Origin: Syntrophomonadaceae bacterium
GTDB lineage: Bacteria; Bacteroidota; Ignavibacteria; Ignavibacteriales; SURF-24
Assembly: GCA_050259615.1 (NCBI GenBank)
Contig: JBLNAZ010000131.1
Coordinates: 2,646 to 66,645, forward strand
DNA: 64,000 bases
Direction: 5' to 3'
Position numbers and translations under genes: made by a program. How positions within the stretch are numbered: position 1 is the stretch's first letter; each line of letters opens with the position of its first letter. Below, piece after piece: positions 48,399 to 56,031 of this stretch. The notes below the pieces were generated by a model, which ran no database searches, was not told the DNA's origin, and saw nothing but the letters and a program-made list of their open reading frames with translations.

Positions 48399-51300
48399 AT
48401 GAAAAACAATTCTACTATGAAATTCTTTAAGATGAAACTTCTTATTGTTACAGGACTTATTCTTGTATCTATGAGCAGCTTTGTCTTTGCCGCCAACGGC
48501 AAGATCACCGGGCGTGTTACAGACAGGGAAACCGGTGAACCACTGCCATCGGCAACCGTAGTCATCACGCACGTTGCAGCTGCCGATGGAAAGGAAGTTC
48601 CACTTCCGAAAACAATCGGTGCTGCTACAGATGCAGACGGATATTACTTTATATTAAATGTTCAGCCCGGGGTTTACACTCTTAGCGCGAGCATAATTGG
48701 TTACACACCTACGGTCCAGAAATCTGTCAGAGTGGACCTGGACCGCACAATTACGGCAAATTTCCAGCTTGGTTCCACATCCATTCAAACCGAACAGGTT
48801 ACGGTTGTAGCCCCGAGGGAAATCATTAAGCAGGACGTTTCAGGCACGCAGGAAGTTGTTGCATCGGCAAGAATTGAGCAGATGCCTGTCTTAAGGCTTG
48901 ACGAGTTCATGGGAAGAATAAAGGGTGTAGAACTTATAAGCAACTCTGAAGGAAACGGCTTAAGCGTCAGAGGCGGCAATATCAGGGAAACTGATATACG
49001 TCTTGACGGAATGTCGCTTCAGGACCCGCGTTCCGGAAACTCCTACCTTGCACTTAACTCGACAACAATTCAGCAGGTACAGGTTTTAACGGGCGGATTT
49101 GAAGCTAAATACGGCGGTATACAGTCGGGTCTGTTGAACGTTGTAACAAAGGACGGGCAGCGTGACCGCTACACTGTATCCTTAAAGATGGACGTGGCGC
49201 CGGCCGGACAAAGAAGATATTTCGGCACCGATCCATACAGCGACTCCTCGTGGGTATATAAGGTCTATGCCGGGCAGTATGCTATGAATGGAATCAGAAC
49301 CAAGGAAGATTCAGCTGCCGTGCCGAGCGACTTCTGGGGTTTCCCGGGCTGGGTAAAAGCCAGAACCATACAGGCATTAAAAAAAGATATCGGAATGTTT
49401 ACGGCAGACCAGCTCAGGGATCTGTGGTTGGCCCAGCATCCGCATTATACTTATCAGGATAAACCTGATTATTATCTGGAAGGCAGCATTACAGGTCCGG
49501 TACCTGGTGAATGGATTCCGGGTTATGGTGAATTTGCAAAGAGAAGCACCTTCCTTATGGGTTTTAAATATGAGAATTCACAGTTTGCATTTCCTGTTGG
49601 CGGAAGGGACCATTATCTGGACTGGAACGGCCAGATCAAAATTACCACAGCACTGAAAGATAACATGCGTCTGGCAGTCAACGGTATGTATGCAAAAGTA
49701 TCCACATTAAGCGGCGGCAGCCGTACAAGTTTCGGCGGCGCTTTAAGTGACCAGGCATCGAGTTTCGGCTTCCTTAACAACACAGAAAGTTCAGTCAAAA
49801 GTCAGGCAGCGCTTCTTGGAGGTGCAAGCTACGATCAGATGTTCAACCGCAGCAGGCTCCAGTTCTTTGATCAGAAGTATATGGTAGGCGGAGCACGCCT
49901 AACACATACTCTTTCCGACAAGGCATTCTATACACTTGATTTTCAGATGGGTTATACTGATCAGAACCTCCAGCCTTTCAGGGCTGACACGAGCAACCCG
50001 AACTTCTGGTACACAATGTACAGTGCTGCTACGAAGAAATACTACCGGTTCCCGCTTCCTATTTACGGAAGCCCGAATGCATCAACAAACTACGGCGCCG
50101 ATCCGCTGGGTAATTATAAATTATATGGCGGTACACAGAGAGTGGATTCATCATACACAACCACTTTCCAGTTAAAGGGTGATTTTACAGCACAGCTGGG
50201 GCGTCATAACCAGCTGGATGCAGGTTTTTCTGCAAAAATGGAAGATTTCTTTGTTTATACCGGCACCTGGTTCCAGAGCCAGCTTTCCTACACGCCAGAT
50301 ACCTGGCAGTACCTGAAATCACATCCGCTGCAGATAGGCCTTTATGCACAGGACAAGCTTGAGTTTGAAGGCATGATTCTGAATGCTGGTTTTAGAGTTG
50401 ACTATTTTAACCCGTTCAAAAAAGGCTTCCAGGTCGGTTTCCCTGAAAGCGAGGAATATGCCCGCCTGATGAATGACATTTACCCGAATCTGCCAGGCGA
50501 TGCAATGAGCTACGAGCGCTGGCTTGCCTTCAGGGATTTAATTGCAAATCCTCCGGGATGGCCGCGCACAGAAAATGCATCACAAATTTATCTGTCGCCA
50601 AGACTCGGTGTTTCATTCCCTATTACAGAAGACAGCAAGATGTACTTCAATTACGGTACTTTTTACCAGAGACAGCCAATGGCTTTCCTGTATGATACCT
50701 ATACGGTTCTTGGCGGTGTGACTGTTCCTACGCCGGGACTTGCAATGGAAAAGACAGTTTCATATGAGTTCGGCTATGAGCAGATGTTTTTATCTGACCT
50801 GATTGCAAATGTTACGGCATATTACAAAGATATCAGCAACCGTGCCCTTGCACGCACGTACGTAAACTGGTATGAGGATAACAACGTTACGGAATATGTT
50901 CCTGACGGGTACAAGGATGTCAGAGGTGTTGAATTACGCTTCGAGAAACCAGTAGGAAAGTTTGTAACATTTAACGCAATGTATGATTATATGGTAGCCA
51001 GTTCAGGACAGTCGGGTCTTTCCACAATATATGAAAACATGGTTAAGTACAGAGACAATGCATTGCGTAGTGCAGCAGTCTACCGTTCGGATCCCCTTCC
51101 AAGGGCAAACGCCAACCTTAACCTGCATACACCTTCTGATCTTGGAGATGGGTTCTACGGGTTAAATTACTTAATTGGCGACCTGTATGCCGATTTCTTC
51201 TTTGAATGGCGTTCAGGCGGAAGATTTCTCCTAAACCCGGGAGAAACCGATGTGAATCTCTGGAAGTATGCCGAAATTATTGATTACTGGAATATTGACT

Positions 51301-51575
51301 TCCGTGCATCCAAGGCAATCAATACCTCATTCGGAAGCCTGGAACTGGTCTTTACAGTAAAGAACCTGACAAATAACAAATGGCTTAGCACAGGCAACAT
51401 GACACAGAAGCAGTATAATGATTACAAGAATTCACTTCAGACTCCTGACAAAGGAGGCAACGACAAGTGGGGACAGTGGAAGTCAGATGATAATCATATC
51501 AAAACCGGCTGGCTTGATGCCCCGATATTCCTTAATCCAAGAAGAATTTTATTTGGTCTCCGTATCAATATATAA
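48399..51575 (+). CDS. TonB-dependent outer-membrane transporter with SusC/RagA-like architecture
   Basis: Signal peptide, then a carboxypeptidase-regulatory-like domain (GKITGRVTDRETGEPLPSATV...DGYY...GVYTLSASIIGY). A TonB-box-like EQVTVVAP follows, then a plug (GLSVRGGN...LDGMSLQDP...VLTGGFEAKYG) and an ~800-aa barrel. Confidence 0.85.
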   Translation: MKNNSTMKFFKMKLLIVTGLILVSMSSFVFAANGKITGRVTDRETGEPLPSATVVITHVAAADGKEVPLPKTIGAATDADGYYFILNVQPGVYTLSASIIGYTPTVQKSVRVDLDRTITANFQLGSTSIQTEQVTVVAPREIIKQDVSGTQEVVASARIEQMPVLRLDEFMGRIKGVELISNSEGNGLSVRGGNIRETDIRLDGMSLQDPRSGNSYLALNSTTIQQVQVLTGGFEAKYGGIQSGLLNVVTKDGQRDRYTVSLKMDVAPAGQRRYFGTDPYSDSSWVYKVYAGQYAMNGIRTKEDSAAVPSDFWGFPGWVKARTIQALKKDIGMFTADQLRDLWLAQHPHYTYQDKPDYYLEGSITGPVPGEWIPGYGEFAKRSTFLMGFKYENSQFAFPVGGRDHYLDWNGQIKITTALKDNMRLAVNGMYAKVSTLSGGSRTSFGGALSDQASSFGFLNNTESSVKSQAALLGGASYDQMFNRSRLQFFDQKYMVGGARLTHTLSDKAFYTLDFQMGYTDQNLQPFRADTSNPNFWYTMYSAATKKYYRFPLPIYGSPNASTNYGADPLGNYKLYGGTQRVDSSYTTTFQLKGDFTAQLGRHNQLDAGFSAKMEDFFVYTGTWFQSQLSYTPDTWQYLKSHPLQIGLYAQDKLEFEGMILNAGFRVDYFNPFKKGFQVGFPESEEYARLMNDIYPNLPGDAMSYERWLAFRDLIANPPGWPRTENASQIYLSPRLGVSFPITEDSKMYFNYGTFYQRQPMAFLYDTYTVLGGVTVPTPGLAMEKTVSYEFGYEQMFLSDLIANVTAYYKDISNRALARTYVNWYEDNNVTEYVPDGYKDVRGVELRFEKPVGKFVTFNAMYDYMVASSGQSGLSTIYENMVKYRDNALRSAAVYRSDPLPRANANLNLHTPSDLGDGFYGLNYLIGDLYADFFFEWRSGGRFLLNPGETDVNLWKYAEIIDYWNIDFRASKAINTSFGSLELVFTVKNLTNNKWLSTGNMTQKQYNDYKNSLQTPDKGGNDKWGQWKSDDNHIKTGWLDAPIFLNPRRILFGLRINI

Positions 51576-51584
51576 GGATTTAAC

Positions 51585-53693
51585 ATGAAAAGAAGCTATT
51601 TATCAAGTTTATTATTTGTAATACTGTTCATACCGGCTTTAACGGCATTTGGGCAGAGGAGGTACAATCCTCCCATTATGAACATGGATGTGGGTCATAT
51701 TAATCTTACCTTCAACAAGCTTACCGGTGACGGCGGTCTGCAGAGCATGTACAGCTGGAACCTTACGGGTGCTAGTCCGCAAAATACGGAAATATTTTAC
51801 TGGCCTGCGGACCAGTGGAAGTCCAATATGCTTTACCAGATTTTCAACCCGATTTCTCTGGATGAGAACGGTATAATAAATGAAAAGGGTGTAAAACAAG
51901 GAGCATTCGTCAGCGGCGGTGCACTGACAAATAACGGTACAACCGACTGGGCCCAGGAAACCAGGCGCTACCGTCCCCCGCACATTGTTATTGACGGGCT
52001 TACACAGGATCCTCCGTACCTCTGGAGTGTGGACCCGAATCTTAAGAGTGATATAAAAATTGAGTTTGAAGACGTTCTGGCTCAGTTCGGTATCAGAAGT
52101 CACGTTGAGGTTTACGGTTTCAGCAATCCTGATCATGCCGACTATTTTATCTGGAAGGCAACGCATAAATTTACAGGCGAACTTAAGATACCGCGCCAGA
52201 CGGCTTCCTCACTGGACAGTATTCCTGATCAGACGATACGCTTCTGGTGGCCTCTATCTTTCAGCTTCGGTCCTACCAAGGCTGGCGAATTCAGGGCCCT
52301 GGGAGGCTACGGCTTCGAAGGTCAGGATGACTACGACAGCTGGTTTAAGGTTCCATCACAGAATGGCGGAGCCCGCGACAGCCTATATATTGCTTACTAC
52401 AGGGACGGAAAAGCTAATGGAACAGTATCCTATTCCAACGGTTCTACTGATGATACGGGAGATCCGGACAGAACAACAGGACACCTGTATTCAACGCAGA
52501 TTCCGGGCTTCACACTCCTGCATGCCGATAAAAGTTATCAGGACAACACTGATGACAAAAGTCAGCCTTATTCAATGGCTCATGCAAGCATAGAGACTAA
52601 TCTCTGGGGTGACCACTCAAACGGAGTAAGGCTTGTCTACCGCGGTGATGCTTCCAACGGGCACTTCCCTGTTGAACCCCCTGTTACTGAAAAAGGTTAT
52701 GAAAAAGGGCCAATGAGGTTTATAACTGTAGGTCCGTATGAATTAACAAAAGACAAAAAAATCGGAAGAGCAGATTCAATTACATTCGTTTATGCTGTTG
52801 GTGCCGGAGACATCGGCTGGACGAAGGCCGACTCGATCGGAAGACTCTGGCTGAACAAGCAGATCACCGATCAGCAGAGACTTGATTATATGATGAAGGG
52901 GCGCGACAGTCTTGCAAAGGCACTTGACCATGCAAACTGGGCATGGGGCCGTTTAAGCCAGGGAAAATCTGTTCCTGCAACACCGCCGCCGCCGGATATG
53001 ACAGTAACATCCGGCAACGACAAAATTAATGTAAGCTGGTCTTATCCGGATCCTTCATACTTCAATGATGCGGTTACAAAGGTTGACGACTGGTATGCCT
53101 GGAGAGTATACAGGAAAAGGGGTGCTCTTTTAGTGGACGATCCTCTGGACCAGAAGAGCGGTGCGCGCTGGGAGCTTGTCTATGAAACAAAAGACCGCAG
53201 CCAGACCACTTTTGTTGATAAGGATGTTCAAAGAGGTATTGATTACTATTATGCAGTTACTGCAATGGACAACGGCACACAGAACCCGGATGATATTGTT
53301 CCGAATCAGAAACTTGAAAGTTCACGCTTGCAAACGCGTTCGATGGTTCCTGCCGTTCCTTATAAGCCCGGTTTGGATAATGGCGACTACGTCCGTGTGG
53401 TTCCAAACCCTGCTTCCAGGTACGGACAGGGCGCAGCTCTTGGCAGCGGTACACCAGACAAGATCAGCTTTTTCAACCTGCCATTTAAGTGCACGCTGAA
53501 GATCTTTACCGAGACCGGTGACCTGGTTAAAACTATTGAGCACCTGGGTACAGCCGATGATAGCTGGGATCAGCGGACCGATGAAAATCAGTATGTCAGC
53601 ACCGGCATATATATTCTTGCCGTAACTAATGTTCAGGCTGTGAGCGGCAAGGGTTCTGAGAATCAGTTTGTGAAATTTATTATCGTCCGCTAA
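51585..53693 (+). CDS. Secreted protein: novel ~450-aa N-domain, FN3-like module, T9SS-type C-terminal domain
   Basis: Signal peptide ...IPALTAFG/Q with no lipobox Cys. FN3-like PPPPDMTVTSGNDKINVSWSYP...YYYAVTAMDN. C-terminal ~90 aa VRVVPNPAS...CTLKIFTETGDLVKTIEH...GIYILAVTN...KFIIVR resembles T9SS / FlgD-Ig-like sorting domains. Confidence 0.6.
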   Translation: MKRSYLSSLLFVILFIPALTAFGQRRYNPPIMNMDVGHINLTFNKLTGDGGLQSMYSWNLTGASPQNTEIFYWPADQWKSNMLYQIFNPISLDENGIINEKGVKQGAFVSGGALTNNGTTDWAQETRRYRPPHIVIDGLTQDPPYLWSVDPNLKSDIKIEFEDVLAQFGIRSHVEVYGFSNPDHADYFIWKATHKFTGELKIPRQTASSLDSIPDQTIRFWWPLSFSFGPTKAGEFRALGGYGFEGQDDYDSWFKVPSQNGGARDSLYIAYYRDGKANGTVSYSNGSTDDTGDPDRTTGHLYSTQIPGFTLLHADKSYQDNTDDKSQPYSMAHASIETNLWGDHSNGVRLVYRGDASNGHFPVEPPVTEKGYEKGPMRFITVGPYELTKDKKIGRADSITFVYAVGAGDIGWTKADSIGRLWLNKQITDQQRLDYMMKGRDSLAKALDHANWAWGRLSQGKSVPATPPPPDMTVTSGNDKINVSWSYPDPSYFNDAVTKVDDWYAWRVYRKRGALLVDDPLDQKSGARWELVYETKDRSQTTFVDKDVQRGIDYYYAVTAMDNGTQNPDDIVPNQKLESSRLQTRSMVPAVPYKPGLDNGDYVRVVPNPASRYGQGAALGSGTPDKISFFNLPFKCTLKIFTETGDLVKTIEHLGTADDSWDQRTDENQYVSTGIYILAVTNVQAVSGKGSENQFVKFIIVR

Positions 53694-53707
53694 GCATAGG
53701 AGAACAA

Positions 53708-54736
53708 ATGAAATTAATATATAAAATAACTCTGAGTACGCTCGTTATCCTGCTGTGGGCAGGATATTCCAACGCCCAGATTGTAAAGAAAGCACAGGTT
53801 GGCTTCAGGTTCCTCGAGAATCCTGTTTCGGCTGAAGCTGTTGGGCGCGGAACCACGGGAATTATTAGCACTTTGAATTCAAACAGCATTTTCTGGAACC
53901 CGGCTTTGCTTGGGCTGATAGAAAGCAATGTGGATGTAAATCTGAACTATACAAAGGGCATTGCCGATATCAACTACAATGCAGCCGCTGCCTCGTTAAA
54001 GCTGGGAGATTTCGGGGTGCTTGGTTTCAGCCTTCTTTATATGGACTATGGTACTTTCTACGGAACCGTAAGAGCCCCTGAAGGCTACAGGGAGACCGGC
54101 ACTTTTTCACCTCAGGCTTATTCTGTAGGTATGGCATTTTCACAGAAGCTGACGGACAGGTTTTCCTATGGTGTTCACCTGAAATATTTCTACCAGAAGC
54201 TTGGTGATGCTGTTGTTGCTTTGAAAGGGACTTCGCTTTCCGACTCGAACCTTGTTCTGGGTAAAAAAAGCTACAGCAGTGATGGTTTTAACCTTCCGCT
54301 GGCTTTTGATGTTGGCGCTTACTACGATTTTCAATATAACGGAATCCGCTTTGGCGCCAGTCTGCAGAACATATCGAAGGAATACCATTATGAAGCTGAA
54401 GACTTTCCGCTTCCTTTTGCAATAAACTTCGGTGCCACGGTTGAACCGTTCGGGTTCTTCAACTTCAATAATCCCGATCATAAGATGGTTCTAAGCCTTG
54501 AATCGCGCCATCCGAGGGATTTCGGTGAAAAACTGAAAGTGGGGGCCGAATACACTTATATCAACAGCTTTATTGTAAGAGCAGGTTATATGACAAATTA
54601 CGACGGCCGTTCATTCACTTTCGGTGCCGGCGTAAGGCAGGAAATCTCAGGAGTTCCATTCCGCGTGGATTATGCATATGAACCGTGGGAAATTTTCGGA
54701 GGTGTCCACTTTATAACAATTGGTGTTTCGTACTAA
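53708..54736 (+). CDS. PorV/PorQ-family outer-membrane beta-barrel protein
   Basis: Signal peptide, then FRFLENPVSAEAVGRGTTGI...NSIFWNPALLG. This matches the PorV/LptO N-terminal pattern F-L-x2-P-x-ARx2-GMG-x-AG...W-NPA. Amphipathic strands end in ...GVSY. Confidence 0.7.
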   Translation: MKLIYKITLSTLVILLWAGYSNAQIVKKAQVGFRFLENPVSAEAVGRGTTGIISTLNSNSIFWNPALLGLIESNVDVNLNYTKGIADINYNAAAASLKLGDFGVLGFSLLYMDYGTFYGTVRAPEGYRETGTFSPQAYSVGMAFSQKLTDRFSYGVHLKYFYQKLGDAVVALKGTSLSDSNLVLGKKSYSSDGFNLPLAFDVGAYYDFQYNGIRFGASLQNISKEYHYEAEDFPLPFAINFGATVEPFGFFNFNNPDHKMVLSLESRHPRDFGEKLKVGAEYTYINSFIVRAGYMTNYDGRSFTFGAGVRQEISGVPFRVDYAYEPWEIFGGVHFITIGVSY

Positions 54737-54767
54737 GGTAAACTTTCAACAAACCAATCCTATAAGC

Positions 54768-54799
54768 CCCGGATGATTCAACTTATCCGGGGTTTTTTA
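54768..54799 (+). terminator. Rho-independent terminator closing the three-gene operon
   Basis: 8-bp stem ccccggat/atccgggg with a 10-nt loop, followed by T6. Confidence 0.75.
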
Positions 54800-54864
54800 T
54801 TTATTAGCAAATAGTTAAATTGCCCCGTAAATCCTACTAACTCTTTTAAGGAGAGAAACAAGGT

Positions 54865-55920
54865 ATGAAATGTCTTTATCTTTTATTTTTATCAGTAATA
54901 GTTCCAGGTTTTATTATGGCACAGGATGTAAGACCGGTTAGAGACGACGTAGGTTTCTGCTGGACATCGGAGGAGATGGATGAGCTCATAAACTATCTTT
55001 CAAGCCAGGAAGATAACAAACAGCAGCCCTTTTCTGAAGGCCTGATAGGCGGTATTTCTCCCCACGATGACTTCCTTTTTGCAGGAAACATTTACTACCC
55101 TCTTTTTAAGTCCCTCAGGGCGAAGGAAGTAATTATTTTCGGCGTTACACACGGAACGGTAAGAAAAGAAATCGGGGATCCGAAGAATGTTCTTTTATTG
55201 GATGACTACAAATTCTGGAAAGGTCCTTACAGCAATGTTGAAATATCAGATTTAAGAGAGGCAATTAAAAGTAATCTTAAGCCTGAATATTTCAGTGTCA
55301 ACGACAAAGCCCACAATCTCGAGCATTCAATTGAGGCATTAGTCCCCTTTCTGCAGCATTTTAATCCCGGTATAAAAATCACCCCTGTCATGGTGACACA
55401 GATGCCTTTTGAAACTATGGACAAAATAAGCAGTGAGCTTTCAGGGATCATAGCAGATTACATTAAGAAAAACAATCTCACACCGGGCAAAGACATTGCA
55501 TTTCTTATTTCATCCGACGCCACGCATTACGGAGAGGATTTCAAGTTTACTCCTTACGGAGAAGACGAGAAAGCGCATGAGACCGGCACTGAAAGGGATA
55601 TGTACGTTGCAGATGCAAATCTGAATAAAAGCCTGGATGTTCAGGCCGTAAACGCATTAAACAATGAACTAACGACGCAGCAGGATCCAAAATATGCAGC
55701 GCCCACATGGTGCGGAAGGTTTTCTGTTCCTTTCGGTCTGCTTACAACGGTTAAGACACTTGAAAAGCTGAATCTCCAGGTTTCGGGAAAGGTGTTGAGG
55801 TATTCTGACACGTGGACGGAAGGTGTTATGCCCATAAAGCGGACAAACCTAGGAATAACGGCACCTTTTTCGCTTAAGCACTGGTGCGGTCATCTTTCGG
55901 CGGGAATATATCTGAAATAG
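54865..55920 (+). CDS. MEMO1 / AmmeMemoRadiSam-B family protein with signal peptide
   Basis: ISPHDDFLFAG, EHSIEALVPFLQHF and ISSDATHYG parallel the Memo motifs PHAGY.YSG, EHS.E..LPFLQ and SD.SHY. The N-terminus MKCLYLLFLSVIVPGFIMAQD looks like a signal peptide. Confidence 0.6.
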   Translation: MKCLYLLFLSVIVPGFIMAQDVRPVRDDVGFCWTSEEMDELINYLSSQEDNKQQPFSEGLIGGISPHDDFLFAGNIYYPLFKSLRAKEVIIFGVTHGTVRKEIGDPKNVLLLDDYKFWKGPYSNVEISDLREAIKSNLKPEYFSVNDKAHNLEHSIEALVPFLQHFNPGIKITPVMVTQMPFETMDKISSELSGIIADYIKKNNLTPGKDIAFLISSDATHYGEDFKFTPYGEDEKAHETGTERDMYVADANLNKSLDVQAVNALNNELTTQQDPKYAAPTWCGRFSVPFGLLTTVKTLEKLNLQVSGKVLRYSDTWTEGVMPIKRTNLGITAPFSLKHWCGHLSAGIYLK

Positions 55921-55974
55921 TTCGAAGTTCAATATTAAAGTATTTCGCCTGCGGCCAGAAGCAATTAGTAGAAA

Positions 55975-56013
55975 TAAAAAAGGCACATGCAATTTATTGC
56001 ATATGCCTTTTTA
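55975..56013. terminator. Bidirectional terminator between convergent genes
   Basis: A7, then ggcacatgcaa-ttta-ttgcatatgcc (one mismatch), then T5. Confidence 0.7.
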
Positions 56014-56031
56014 TTTGATAATTGCAGAAAG

